Shown: positions 1 to 13,728 of the stretch, piece by piece
How positions within the stretch are numbered: the stretch's first letter is position 1
Layout: every line of letters begins with the position of its first letter
Assembly (NCBI GenBank): GCA_039545335.1
Contig: BCIN01000007.1
Coordinates: forward strand, 868,001 to 932,000
Length of the DNA: 64,000 bases
Origin: Kondoa subrosea
Lineage: Eukaryota
Direction of reading: 5' to 3'
Made by a program: the position numbers and the translations under genes
The notes under the pieces: generated by a model
The model's database searches: none
Seen by the model: the letters and a program-made list of their open reading frames with translations, nothing else
What the model was told of the DNA's origin: nothing

Positions 1-819
1 TTGCTGCGGTTTGTTGAAATTGATCCATACCCCAGTTCGGAAAGCTTCTAATGTATCTGCTTGGGACAATTCGATTGTCTTTTCTTCACTGTTCTCAGGC
101 GTGGCATCGTTCGCGACTACGGTTAAGCAGGTGAAGCGAGGAGGGAAGAATTCGATTCGATGTTCTGTTTGCATGCTTTCGCCATACGAAATAACTTTGC
201 GAGGTAGATCTACGCTTTTGAGTCCATACCATTTCATGAGTAGATTCCAACCTTCCTGCGGAACAAAAACAGCATCTTCGTTCTCAACCGGTGCTTTGGC
301 TAAATCGTTGTAAGGAGAGTTGGGTACCACAAGAGGAGTGTTATCAATAGGACCGACTGAGGCCATGGTAATATCTGCAAATTCTTTCTCTGCTTGCTGT
401 CCAGCATCAGACGCGCAAGCTGCAGACCATTTTCGATACCAGCTTCTTGCGACAATGTAGCGAGTTTCGCCCTCTACAAGCGGAGCCTTCATTATGGGTT
501 CCATTTGGGCCAGTTGGGCAGCTCCGGAAGGTAAATCATCGTCAACTGTCATGCTGCTAGATTCGCGAGAGAGCGCAGAAAGATTGTCAGGAGCGTCTGA
601 AGAGCCAATGTTGAGTTGCTCCACGACCATAGCACTTTCTGACAGCAAAGATGTGCCAGTATTGGAAGATCCGCGACTCAAGACAGATCCCATAAACTGC
701 TGAGAGCTTGCACTTGGTTCTTCTGATGCGGCTCTTTTGTTTGAAGATTCAGTGTCGTCAGAGGCCAGACTTTGAGAGCGGCTACGCTTCAGACTGGCAG
801 AACCGCTGGACGAGGACAT
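1..819 (-). CDS. Ubiquitin C-terminal hydrolase, Ubp12/USP4-15-like, N-terminal DUSP region (runs off the window start)
   Basis: Manual translation from ATG at 819: MSSSSGSASLKRSRS...LVEGETRYIVARSWYRKW...VGPIDNTPL...VFVPQEGWNLLMKWYG...LPRKVI, which matches the DUSP domain pattern. Confidence 0.8.
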   Translation of the reverse strand, partial: MSSSSGSASLKRSRSQSLASDDTESSNKRAASEEPSASSQQFMGSVLSRGSSNTGTSLLSESAMVVEQLNIGSSDAPDNLSALSRESSSMTVDDDLPSGAAQLAQMEPIMKAPLVEGETRYIVARSWYRKWSAACASDAGQQAEKEFADITMASVGPIDNTPLVVPNSPYNDLAKAPVENEDAVFVPQEGWNLLMKWYGLKSVDLPRKVISYGESMQTEHRIEFFPPRFTCLTVVANDATPENSEEKTIELSQADTLEAFRTGVWINFNKPQQ

Positions 820-1018
820 TCAAACCCAAAAAGGCGAGGCAAGACAGAAATCAAGCGAGCACAAGCGAATGAGCTGCCTCTGTATGAGTACTGCGGATAT
901 TCTTGTTGGACCTCAGTCTGAGAATCAGGCTGCCTCTTCTATGCTTGCAAAGTCACGGTGCAGGTTCGACCAAGTGACCAACTAAATCTTGTCGAGCATC
1001 AATGACTTCACTCTCGGC

Positions 1019-1720
1019 ATGTTAGCTGTTGCACTCACTTCTCTTCTTACAGCTGTACATTCGCTGTTGTGAATCTCCTGTCCCCTTTCTCCAGTTGCAA
1101 AGTCGAAGCTTCTGGTCTTTACAATGTTCTGCTCTCTGTCCTTGCCTTCTGTTTTGCTGTGTTCCTCTTGTCTACTACCGTATCACAATGTCAATTACTG
1201 CATATTTGCAAGCCCTGCTGCATGCGCTGTGGCTTCGAGTACTTTGGCTACCATGCATTGCTACGTATGGCTGACTACACTGTGGCTCATACATCCCTAA
1301 TCTCATTAGTAGGTTCGTCTACTACTGCTGCATGAGCTACAATCGATACGAAAGATTGGAACCTTTGGCGAATCGAACTGTTCTGGGATGGTTCAAATAT
1401 GCTTTTTTATCGACAGGCTACGTCTCTTCACTTCGCAAAGCAAGAGTCGATCTGCCTGAAGGTGTATTCGTCTCGCTTGCACTATGGGCCTGTACTCAGT
1501 GGTTTGACAAGGTGCATTTGTATCATCCAATTTCGGTGCTGTAATCATCCTTTCGAGCGCAGCCATCAACAACGATGTAGATTGGGATCCAGAGAAGCAG
1601 GGCGAGTGCAAAATGACTCTTAAAACAGTTGTCATGCTGATCTCTCGGAATAGGTTGATTTGGCGAAAGAGGGAGCTAGAGAAGATGAGAGCCGTAGTAT
1701 ACCGTCAGTCATGCTGCTCG
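1019..1720 (+). CDS. Hypothetical membrane protein, multi-exon, boundaries uncertain
   Basis: Hydrophobic ORF pieces (LYNVLLSVLAFCFAVFLLS; FVSLALWACTQWFD) separated by GT..AG intron-like spacers. Confidence 0.3.
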
Positions 1721-2046
1721 TAGGTAGACACATGGCGAAAGGTTCTTAATTGCTTGGACAGAATGCATTTATCGATAAGCCGTTGAGCAAGACATGTTGT
1801 CAATCCATCGATAATCTCGCCTCTAAGATTGAGTCGACATTCACTGCTCTATGCATATCTATACGACGTATCGTACTAACCCTTCTTTGCCATGCCTTTT
1901 CATCTCTATATCACCGCCTTCGCTTGGGCTGTATTTATAAGGCCTGTCTTTACTTACTCTCAACCTGTTCATATCTCGTCTTTCATTGTTCTCTACGCTG
2001 GACGTATAGGAAGCAGCTGGTCCTGCTCAATCGCTTTCGCTCATCT

Positions 2047-4124
2047 ATGCCGGCTTTGAGATGGCGAAAGGCGATGTTCGCTAGAGATCAAGTCCAAGTC
2101 TATAGCGCATCAGAAACAACTCTAGAACCTCTGGTACGTGATCTATACTGTCCAGATCCGCAGAAGCATCGCTAATGCTATTTTATGTTCTGGAAGGACA
2201 TTATTGGCATTATTATCGGAGTCTTGTTTGCTTGCGGCCTTCTCTGGTACATATAGTAAGGCCATAGTCTACTAGCTAGAGTCTATCTGACTCCTAGCCA
2301 GCTCAAAGCATACAAGAGGTATTCTTCTCAATAATGACCCTTTGTCTGCTCATCGGTTTTTATAGATAAGCACGACAAGAGTCATAATAGGCCTTATTAT
2401 CCTCCAATACGTGCTCCAAGGCCACACTTCATGCCATATCCTCCCAAAGCAAGAGGTCAGAAAAAGCTTGATGAACTTATGATAGCTTCTGATATATGTG
2501 TGCAGGACATGTTCTGCAAAGGCCTCAGCAAATATATCAGCATCCTTCCCGTCCGAGAGCACCTCAAATTAGCTCTAATCGACCTAATCCACGAACAGCG
2601 CCTGACCGCGCACCACCTCAAAATCGTGGACCTCTGCCACCTCATACAGTCATTCAACGTGAACCAGGATACAATGATCGCGGTAATGATCCAATGAGCG
2701 TAGTCTCTCGTTGGCAGATCGAAGTGCGCCCAATTCATTCGCAAGCACCTATAAATCCTGGAGTTCGAGCAAATTTGGGAATCACTCCCATACATACTGT
2801 TCTGGATGAGCCGCCTACCATTCGTCACCCTGTGCCCAATTCCAATTTCGCAGCTATACAGACTCAGCATACTGCCCCTACCAATCCTACACCTACAATC
2901 CAGGCGAAATTGAGCCATGCTGCGATACATACTGTTCACAATCAGCCGCCCATTTATCCAGTCCCTGCGACTCGTCACAACTTCGGACCTATTCAGGGCC
3001 AGCACGTAGATCCCATCTATCGAGCGCCGCAGCTTTTGACTTTGCATCCCAATGTCGCGCGTGTGGCGACACGTCCAACATCTCCTTCACATGCACGTCT
3101 TCTTGCTGAAGTTCGTCTGACTGTTAATAACAAAGCCGGTACTGCCACTTTGCAACAATTGCCTCCTAAAGGGACATACCGCTCCATCGCATCTTCTGCT
3201 GTTTCTTCTCGCTCGACTGGTACAGGGAACCTCATAGCTGCTTCCACTAGCAATAGATCAGCCGCTCTATCAAATACATCGGATCTTATGGCCGCAAGAG
3301 AGAAGGCTCAGGAGTTTTGGAATGCACACAAATCCGACTACACAGCTCGTTCAGCCCACGCGATTACAGCTTCAGCTCCTTCTGACCACAACAGCAATGC
3401 AACAGCCGGACCCTTAGATCAACTCAATGCAGTAGCGACGACACAGACACAAAGCGACACCACATCCAGTTTTGCGTACACAGCCAGCTGGATCGATAGG
3501 GTTTCTGATCAGCGCACAAACCAGCTCAGTAATCTAGCACCAGATCCGGATTGGACACCATCCCGATCCAATGCAGAAAATGCTAGCAGAGTTTCATCTT
3601 CTGTGACGCGGAGTGAATCCTCGGCAAGTCATAGTGGGACGTCCAATGGCTCGCTTCGGTCGGCGGCGAATGCATCTTCGCGCAGACAGATTTCACCTCC
3701 TCAAAGCGATTCGCCAGCTTCGCATCGTCAACCTCTTTCAGCCCGCACCCATTCTGACGCAGAAATCACACATAACGGCAACTCTATTGAATCTGGCACA
3801 GAAAGCTCGATCAATGAACTCAAAAAAGTAGTAGTATCCGCTTTGCAAGATGCTCTTGTAGATGCCGAAAAGCCCGAAAATGGAGGCCAAAGCATGTATT
3901 CCTACAGCTATAACGCGTGCCTGCGGCGTTTGACACGCGACACAGCTTTCATGTTTAAAGTCAGTAATTCGAACGCAAATCAGCTTCAAGCGGATATGGA
4001 GGATTACATCAAGGTATGTGACCGTACAAGGATCATGCAAAGCTAAGGCTAGTCGACAGCCATATCTGAGGGACAAATCCCAGATATCTCCAGGGGAGGG
4101 AATTTCCGAACGCATGATAGGTAA
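2047..4124 (+). CDS. Hypothetical single-pass membrane protein with long Pro/Ser/His-rich tail
   Basis: TM-like exon DIIGIIIGVLFACGLLWYI followed by short exons and the 516-aa ORF 2496-4046; probable last intron from about 4014. Confidence 0.55.
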
Positions 4125-4359
4125 TTCGAACGGGAACTAGACACAGACCTGCTACACTTTTACTATCATTACGTGTAGATGGCATGGAAGTAAAGCAAAG
4201 CTTTCATTACAACAAAATCTATGAGTACACCTAAGATATATATACGACTACAAAATGAGCTGGAAGACTACGTGTGTTCTCGCAAATTGATGATAGAGTA
4301 GCGGTCACTTCTGTCACTCAAACTGAGCATTCCTCATTGGACACGGAAGGAAAGAGAGC

Positions 4360-4686
4360 TTACCAAGCCTGCTGCTGTTTGGTTCCTCTCGCCTTGACCT
4401 TTTGACTCATCAGATGCATCTCAAACAGATTCGCCTCCTCCGCAATCATTCTCTTGACCTCACGCTTCCAGCTGTGCCCAGAGTCCTTGAAGTTGTGCTC
4501 CGTGTCCTTCTGACCATCGCGCTTCCAAGCCATCGACCGCTGGTTGTTCTCTTCGACAGGGGCAGCGTCGTTATGTGTTGTTGATCTTAAAGCGAGACTC
4601 TTGTTTGAAGGACCGAGAGGAGCTGCCATGGTCAAAGAGGTACCCAATGCGAGGATACAGAAGAGTAGAGCAACGAAGCGAGTCAT
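4360..4686 (-). CDS. Small secreted peptide precursor with Kex2 (KR) sites
   Basis: Signal-peptide-like MTRFVALLFCILALGTSLTMAAP, then ...SMAW-KR-...GHSW-KR-EV-KR-...QQAW-stop; no introns. Confidence 0.75.
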   Translation of the reverse strand: MTRFVALLFCILALGTSLTMAAPLGPSNKSLALRSTTHNDAAPVEENNQRSMAWKRDGQKDTEHNFKDSGHSWKREVKRMIAEEANLFEMHLMSQKVKARGTKQQQAW

Positions 4687-5017
4687 GCTGAACTTCAAAT
4701 ATATGAGACGGTTATATCAACGAATCGAGGTAGTGGATGAGCTGATTGCTTGCTGCTTGGTAAAGATTGAGAGATCGAAAGGGAAAAAAGAAGCACTAGA
4801 ATGATGTTGATGTTATTGCGAACAGGACTGAGCTAAAAGTCGACCGATTGTCTAGCGAAAAAGGGTAGATTGTATTGCAAGCGCTAGTTGACTTTGAAAT
4901 GCCGAGCAGCCAAGAGTACAGCTGTGAGAGAAGATAACGCTGAGGAAGAAGAAGAAACACATCGTGATATCGGAATGTCGCAGGGAAAAGTCATTGGACG
5001 AGAATCGCATTGCATCA

Positions 5018-8000
5018 CTATGACAGAACTTCTGACTCCTCGGGCCGGAAGGTCAGAACAGACAGCGTCTACCGTAACTTATCAGATCAAGGCGGTTGAC
5101 AATATGCAGGGACTGACCGTTTTGCCATCCCTCTTGCACAAGATGACGCATTTATCATCTCTAAACGTGACTCGCCAGACAGCTTCACAAGGCTCTACAA
5201 GCTCTCGGATGAATTGCCCTGTTGTACTTCGTCAAGCAAGCGTTTGCTTCTGAGAACAGAAATTGCGTACCTGTTTTGAAATCGAACAATTTGACTCTCC
5301 CGTCGTTTCCACCAGATACAATGAAGCGATCATCAAATTGAAGGCAGGTGACAGAGTTATCGTGAGCACATAGACGATGCAGGCATTCGAGAGTCGCCAA
5401 GCTGAACACGATGACACGACCATCGGAACCGCCAGTCACAAGAACCGAATCCGTGAGCTGAAGTTGACCGACCAGAGATGTATGTCCTTGTAATAGAGCA
5501 AGACATTCACTATGTGCTGCGTCAGTCCTCGCGTTTACTGGTCGGAGAGCCAGACTCACCCTGTGCGAGCTGACCAGATACGAACAGTAGAGTCTAGGCT
5601 TCCAGAAGCTACTCTTTGACCGTCAAAAGCAACTGCATAGACTTGATGGAAATGGCCTCGGAAGACATGCAGACATTGACCAGAATCAATATCCCAAAGC
5701 TACCATCGGAACATGAGCATGTATATCAGAAATGAGTCCAGGTAGCTCACTCGACATGTTGTATCGTAACTTCCGCTGACCATCTTGTTTCCGCTTACTT
5801 CCAGACACCTAACGCAATGCTGATGACCTTCAAGCACTCGGATTTGCCTGCCTTTCTCGATATCCCAAACTCGGATCGTTGCATCTCTGGATCCAGATAT
5901 AGCGATAGGTCGGCCGTGCAAGACTTTCAAACATCGAATAGTAGAAGTGTGACCTTCCATGCTAAACTTGCACAATCTGTTCAAGAGAAAATTAGCACAC
6001 TCCTTCGGATTGCGGGAGGAGTAGCACTCACCCAGTAGACAGATCCCACACTTTGACAACTCTATCGCAACCACCGCTGACAACTAAAGCAGAAGGTTGA
6101 CCGTGACCTCGAGCCGTTCCACAAATATTAGCTTGCTGAGCGCTACTTCCTGTTCCACCTCCTGCTCCTAGACCCATACCGCCATTGGTTCCAGCGCCAT
6201 GAGGAACGAAACCTTCAAAATCTTTAGACGAACCGACTGAAGCAGGTCGATTTCTATAGCTTCTGTTATTCCTCGCTGTGGAAGGTCTACCATGACCTAG
6301 ATCAACCATCTGGATTCCAGTCTTCTTTCCATAAATAGGCACTTCTTCCTCTTCTTCCGTAAGGATTGGCGCATCTTCTCTTTCACCACCTTTGCTAACC
6401 AAAACCAAAGCCCAAACACCCATCGTATGACTTTTCAATGTTCTCACATAAGTACCAGTATTGGCTTCAAAGACATGGACTAAAGAAGTAGCCATGCCGA
6501 CAACGATCCATTCATCATCGAAACCGAGGGAAGTAACCACTCCGTCATCTGCACTAGCTTGAGCTGATAAAATTCGACCTGGTCCTCTGAGCCAATTCGA
6601 CTCGGTTAAGTAAGCCCGCTTGAATTGATTCTTGTAACTAAGTTTTTCTGATTTGGGCTGTTGCTGTTGTGTTAGAATAGAAGGCTCGCTCGGCCGAGTG
6701 AAACTAGCAGAGACGGATCTAGTAGGAGCAGTAGCTGAAAGGTGAGAAGTGCTTGCATGTGGCGTGGGTGGTTCTCGACGGAAAGCAGGTGGTGAATGCT
6801 GGTCATTCGATTCGAACGTCGCCGAGATTGAAGCTGGAGGAGCTGATGAAGTAGGTAAGGAGGACACAAAGTGTTGTGTAGTCGCTGCTGCTGTACTTGT
6901 CACAGGTCGAGGGAAACCTACTCCAGGCATCGATTGAGGTCGAGATCTACTTGGGGAGACGGGTAACGGGCGCAAAAGAGTGGGCTGAGAGCTATTGTTG
7001 CGAGTCAATACTGGCTGTTGAGGTCGCCAGGCATCAGCAAGAGGTGCAGAGACCGGATCAGCCTGTTGACGACCGAAAGTACTATTGGACGATGACGCAT
7101 TCGAACTCGATGTAGCTCTGGCCAGACTCGGTCGACGACCAAAGAAGTCTTGAGGTGAACCAGGAGAAGAATGCTGCTGTAATCGAGGTGCTGGAGGAAC
7201 TTCAAACGGAGTTCTTGGTCGAATAGCAGGACCAGACGAAGGCCTTCTGTCCATAGGTGTGGGTAATCTGAAGCCTTGCACTGAGACAGGTGATTGGAGT
7301 GATCCGCTCCGGGTAGCGAAAGGCGATGTTTGACCTTGAGCGAAATTGCGGACGCGAGGGGTTTGACGAGAAATACCTAAGCCACGCAAGGCCCATTCCT
7401 CATCCGAAGCAGACAGACCAACAATTGGGGTGGTGCTCTGAGTATGAATAGATAGACCACGTCGGTTCATAGGTGTTGCGCGAGTGGGTGTAGTGTCATT
7501 GTTGTTATTGACATTCGCTCTTGAGCCTCTTGGAGGCGTTTGCAGCTGAAGTACTCCAGGCAGGCTAGTAGCTACTGGTCCACTCGAAGTGGCACCACCA
7601 AATCGATGTCTCTCACACATTTGCTTCCAAGTCTGTTCATCCCAAACCAAACTTCTCCAAGTTTTAGACACTCTGCTAGCCCTGACTAAATCCTTCGGAT
7701 CTTCTACGAAGCTGAGGATATGTAGACCTAGTTCTTGAGGTAATTCAGCAATGAAGTCACGTTTCAGTAAAGGTGCGATAAGATTTGAAAGCTGGGCTAG
7801 ATCTGAAGTGCCAAAGAAAGGAAGAATTGCTGTAAGAAAAGCTCTTCTTCCATTTATAGATAGTCTAGGGAAGTCTTTGCAGTTACTTCAGCCGATTGGA
7901 TACAGTATCGACAATGAAACATACCTGAAACTGCTTGAGCGATAACTGCTTCCTCGTCCTCCAGATCTCCATCTTCAGTCGTCCACTGATCATCGTCCGA

Positions 8001-8219
8001 TATACGAGGGATTGGAGAAGGTACAGGCGTCGGAGCAGGACTCAGAGGAGACACCGTTCGAGAGATTTGATGTGCAGCTAGAAGCTGTGAGAGATCAATC
8101 AAGTCCTTTTCCCTTCCCTTGCCTTTATCTGTTGAGCTATGCATGTAATCGACAGATGGTGGTGTAGCAGGACCGTCCTCAAAGAAACGTAAAGGAGACT
8201 GTATATTGGGATTCGACAT
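5018..8219 (-). CDS. F-box/WD40-repeat protein (Cdc4/Fbw7-like SCF substrate receptor)
   Basis: [18 protein letters not shown]-box and multiple WD40 repeats ([36 protein letters not shown]) over several exons. Confidence 0.9.
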
Positions 8220-8755
8220 TCCTTGAATCGATACGCAGCGGTTGAGTTGCGGAAGAGTTGTGCAGAATAAAAAGAGACGCTTATTCTTGCTGCGTCAATC
8301 ACAATCTACTGTAGTCCGAGTCCGACACTTTTGAATTATGCCAAATCCGTGTAATGGCTTGAACTTTGTCACTTTGAAGCGCGCAGACTGTCAGCCGTGC
8401 CTTGCTTGGGTATATCTAGATGCAGGTGCACTGGCTGCAGAAGGGTATATGGAATTCGCTGTTTCAGTCAGAGATAAACATCTAATCGGCGGATCGGAAA
8501 GATCTTGGTCTCAAAGATCGAGAGGTATCTTTCAGTTGATTTGGAAATCTACTATGCTGTTCTATATCTATTAGATAGCTGAGTAATGCAATGCTACATT
8601 CCGAAGCCTGTGAGAGAACACGCATAAGTGAAACATCGCTATGTGGAAGCATAGCAACTCTGACCTCGTCTCTGCCTTCTCTGACCTCCTCCACCCATTT
8701 GAGCGTTGAGTAGATCTGTACAAACGGATCAGCTTTGATCGGTAACTTTGAGCAG

Positions 8756-10941
8756 CTATTCACCTTCGAGATTGATTCCGCCTAAATGCATCATCAGCTC
8801 TTGCTCAGGACACTATGGAAAAGAAGAGGCAGCTTACCTCCTCCTCCGAATGGATCAAATCCTCCATGAGAATGACCTCCAAAGCCTCCTCCAAATCCTC
8901 CACCGCTGTGATAAACCCTTTTCAGCACAATAATAGTATAAACGAGATAGGCAACTCACAAAGGTGATCCTCCACCGCCAAACATATCTTCCATCGATGG
9001 TTGATCGAGATCTTCACCAGCCTGAGCATAACGAATTGAGTTCATACAATCTCAATATTGGAACGCTGTACGTACATCATGCCGCCTTTTCTTGACTGGA
9101 TCACTGAGTACTGAATAAGCTTCCCCAATCTCTTTGAACTTCTCTTCCGTTCCTCCTTTATCCGGATGGAACTTCAGACTTTGTTTCCTGTACTGTATTC
9201 ACACCATCTTTAAAATCAAACATACAGTAAACAGAATATCGCGACATACAGCTTTCTTAATTTCATCTTCCGAGTAGCTTTGGTTCTTGTCTAAGCCTAG
9301 TTCTTTGTAGTAATCCTTCATCTTGGATTTCTTGAGTTCTTTCTCGGCGTTTTCTAGTTCCCGAGCTAAGGATTGACGATCAGGTCCACTGTCGCATGCT
9401 TCGATGGCAGATTTGAAATCTTGCACTGCTCCTTCGTAGCTGAATGTTCCTAGACGTGCTCGGGCTCGCGATCGAAGACTGAACAAAGATACTTCAGAAC
9501 ATATAATAAAAAGGGAAGGAAGGGACATACGCTTTGAAGTGATCTGATTGAATAGCAAGAATAGCATCGCAGTCTTCAATAACTTCATCATAGCGTTTCA
9601 GCTGTTCATTGTTGTACAGCTTAGCAGAGATACTGCAAACATGCATTCCGACGAACCGCATTGAGAGCCAAAGCACGATTACTCCTGAACAAGACCTGCA
9701 TCTGTTCATTTTCGGTGTCCACATCCAAAGCTTCGGTATACTTCTGAACTGCTTCTTCGTAGTTTCGTGATGCAAAAGCTTGTTTGCCTGCTTCTCTTCT
9801 CGCTTCGAATAGGCGCATTCGTTTGAGTGCTTTGCTGTTTGAGAACAATGAAGATATCAGCTTAATCAAGCAGACTACTTCGTTGACGAACATCGCTAAT
9901 GGGTAATCCGGATCTAGACCAACAGCTCTTTCGAAGTGATTCTTTGCTTGATCCCAATTGCCTTGTTTGTAGAAAACTGTCCCTCGCCAATATAGTGCTT
10001 CGGGCTATCGAGAGTTTAGCTATTGTACATCGCAGCGATGGAAGACCGACGTTGGATTGAGATGCTCGAACCAGGTCGCTGTGGATGAGTCACGGCTTTA
10101 AGTACATCTCCCTGAAGCTATATGTACTCACGTTGCTAAGAAAGATGCCTCATCAAACATTTTCCTTCCAATCAGTGCTTCCAATCGCCAGATCTTCCAT
10201 TGACTCGGAACATCCTCTACTTCTTTCTGCGCTGCGTCCAAAGCAAAGATACACATTCCCCAGGATTGCCTTTCTCTTTCTCTTTGTACTGAGCTCAAAT
10301 GGTTCTTCAATCTGTCCAATTTCGCTAGATCCGCTTGAACATTCTTCAGGGTAGCAGCGTCATCGCTGTTCGATTCAGCTATGTTTCTTGCTTCTTCTAA
10401 ACTAGATTCAGCAGGTTGAGTTTGAGCCATAGCAAGTTGAATTTTGCCCATTCGTGCCAAAGTTTTCGCTTGTCTGGGCTGCTTTTGAGCTACAAGCACT
10501 TCACGACAATCTTGCAGTGCAGAAGGATAGTTTCTCAAGGCCATATAAGCAGCAGCTCTATTAAATTGAGCAGGCGTTAAAGTCGAATCCATCTCCAAAG
10601 CTCGTGAATAGCAATCAATAGCTTCTTTGTAGTTCTTTAACTTGTATGCTGCTGTTCCTTGATCTTTCCAACTCTCAGCTGTAGCTGGTGTTGTACTTTC
10701 GACTTCGACTTCAGAATCTGAAGATGAGCTTCCTCCAGCATGGTTCCCATTCATTTCCACATCATCTTGCTGCGAAGGGGTGCTATGTCCATTAGTAGAT
10801 GGTCCAGCTTGAGCTCTGCCAGATTTCTGAGCATCAGGAAGGACGCTCAAACCTGCGATCAAAAGTCACGCACTGCTCAGCTGCTGCCTCTTCAGCTGCC
10901 TTTTTCGCTTTGCGCTGAGCAGGACTCTTTTTCTTCGCCAT
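8756..10941 (-). CDS. TPR + J-domain co-chaperone (DNAJC7-like)
   Basis: TPR repeats ([25 protein letters not shown]), [16 protein letters not shown]-domain motif, G/F-rich tail. Confidence 0.9.
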
Positions 10942-11154
10942 TCTCGCAATCTTTAGTGGGTATCAACAATCCTTAGATAGCGGTGTCTGAACAAAGACAC
11001 AATCAAGCAATCAAAATTTCATGCGCGTCGAATGACTGATCAGTGGCGGAAGAAAGTGAAGATATATGCACAGTGAGTATATACAATAGACTTATGACTA
11101 TTCGACAATGAAATCTTCCCTTATATACATTTGAGGTTGGTTGCGATTCTCATT

Positions 11155-13728
11155 TCAGGCATTCTCAATCATCTCTTGAGTAGCTTCAGGAGAAGGTTTG
11201 CGATATATCTTATTCTCTCCTTTAGGTGAAGGAGGAGCATCGCCGACCAAGGTGCGATTATCCGAGTTGTCGACACTTTCTTCTCCTTGCTCAGTGCGCG
11301 AAACGTAACCTTCTGGAATATACTGTAAAATGGAACAGAAGATGCATCAATCAGCTCATGAAGCGTATAAAGGATCGGTATGACATACCTTTCCACTATT
11401 CCAAGGAGTCACGCTCTTGTCATTGTACATTTCACTGTTTTCGCTCTGAGCATTATACAGTTGTTCAGCAAGACAATACACTCACTCGACCGCTTCTAAT
11501 GACAGACCAGCTGAATCGTAGAGGAAGAAAGCGACAATGAGTGCACCAGCAATATTTGAAGCGGCGAAGATGTAACCATAGGAGTAGCCGATGTCATTTG
11601 TACTGCAGAAATCACCATCACATTGGTGTAAGATTACGTCATGTGAAGAGGCTTACATTGGCTGAGTAACTGTTTTGAATAGCTCAAGTCAGATGTTAAC
11701 TAGCAATACTGCTTGCCAAACCTACAGAAACCCAGATTGAAGTTCCAAGTCCAGTTCGCTAATGTAGCAAGAGCTCCTTGCTTAGCACGAGTACCTGCAT
11801 TGACGGGGATCTTTAGACATTCATCGATATTTTCAATGAACGGGCTTACGAGTCGGGAAAGTTTCGCTAATAAGAATCCAGATACCAGGACCCTATTTCA
11901 AGGAGATGAGAATGTTATGGCGAAAATCGAGAGACAAACAAACCCAAGTTGTAGCATAACCAAGAATAAATAGCTGTAAGACGCAAACTCATATTATGAG
12001 CACAGGCAAAAGTGATCATCGAAGAAGCGCTTACACAGCCTGCTACAATCATCACTTGACCGGCAGCTTTGTTGGTAGTCGGATCTTTAGCTGTTCCAAC
12101 GGAAGCGAAAACCAAAAGCCAAGCTCCTTGCCTGAATGAAGAAACTTTCAAACGAGATAGCAGGAAAGAAAAGAGTGATGTCATACCAAATACCTCCAAT
12201 CATTAAAGGCTTACGTCTTCCAAACCGTTCCATGATGTAAAGACCACCAAAAGTGCAAAAGAAGTTGACTCCGTTTAAGATAATCTGAGCTACGAATGGA
12301 TTGACCAGGCCAAGTCTATATCGCCTTATGAGTGGAGTAACGGCAAACATCAAGAAACATGAAACTAACCCCTGGAAAAGAGTGGCGCCATAGTAAAAGA
12401 AGTAATTTGCTCCAGTAAGTTGTTGGATTGACTGAAGAACCATGCCCAGAAGCGTTCGGTAGAGAGTTTTATGATCTCTTTTGAAGCAATCCGACCATTC
12501 CGCTTTGGATCGTTTGGCTTCCGCGGCTACACCAGATTGAATTTCTCTGTAAAGTCGGCCAGCTGCTTCCTTTTGTTCTTCGGTCTTAGTTCCATTGAGT
12601 TTGAAGACTGCTGCTTTAGCTTTCTCGGAGTGACCATGAGCTTCCAGCCATCGTGCTGAGAAGAAATGTCAATAACCTTCGCTGGAGGTGGTACCGGAAC
12701 CTACGACTCTCAGGCATGAAGAGTATACCTATACCCAGAATTGATGCAAACGCAATACCCAGAGCTATTGGTATACGCCAACTTGCTGAAGAAGGTGTCA
12801 ATTGATTTGTACCAAGATTGAAGCAAGCAGCAACAAGAATGCCGAACTGCCACTAGGACTTAGTACGGCTTGAGCTACCGTATCTAACAAGCCTACGGTG
12901 ATAGCAAGTTGATACGTTCCCTATATTTAAAGGGATAAGCTGAAATAATCCCAATTTCCGATCCAACTCACGACTAAAGACCCTCTGATTGCCTTCGGAG
13001 CAGTTTCACTTTGGTAAAGGGGCACGACCGCGCTCAGTGCTCCCACACCTAGACCGGATACCAGTCTGCCGACCATAACTTGTTCCCAAACAGTAAAAGC
13101 AGTAACTTGAATAACGACACCAACGGAGAAGATGAAGCTTTCTAGAGTCATGGCCTTTCTTCTTCCCAAGCGATCAGCAATAGGAGCTCCACAGATTGCG
13201 CCTAATATTTTAAGTCAAAATCGGTAAAACCCAAATAACTTGATAAATGCTTACCAATAGCTGTGCCAATCTGTGTCAATAAAGTATCTCATGTCAACAT
13301 CATTGAGACCAGATAATCTGGCAGAATGCATTACCGATAATGAAGCGACAATCTATGGCAGAGTCAAAAAGCATAGACATGAGCGGATGTTATGGCTTCT
13401 GAAGAGGTTCTTGACGTACGATACCTTCTCTCCATACAGGGAACTTGCAGTCAGCCAAAGCTACACCACCACAACTTGCGAATCTTCTTTTGAAGTCATT
13501 CATCACAACAATGCCTTAATTGCCGAATGTCAGCTCGACATAGCGGGCCTGTAGAAGGTCTGTCACCTGAGATCTGTCCGGTATCATAGCCAAAGATGAA
13601 GCTAACAAAAATAATGAGTGAGACATTATTTGACATCATGAAGAGGAATGTTAGGCTTGCCCTCCAGTACTGGCTAGGACAGCTAAAGCTATAGCATGGC
13701 CAGTGATAATTTGACCACGAAATCGCAT
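11155..13728 (-). CDS. MFS sugar porter (hexose transporter), many introns
   Basis: GGFIFGYDTGQISG, DRLGRRK, PLYQSETAPKAIRG, QQLTGANYFFYYG, ERFGRRK motifs. Confidence 0.93.

Noticed and set aside
2457..3047. 196-aa antisense ORF
   Set aside because: Shadow of the plus-strand Pro-rich ORF with no recognisable motifs.
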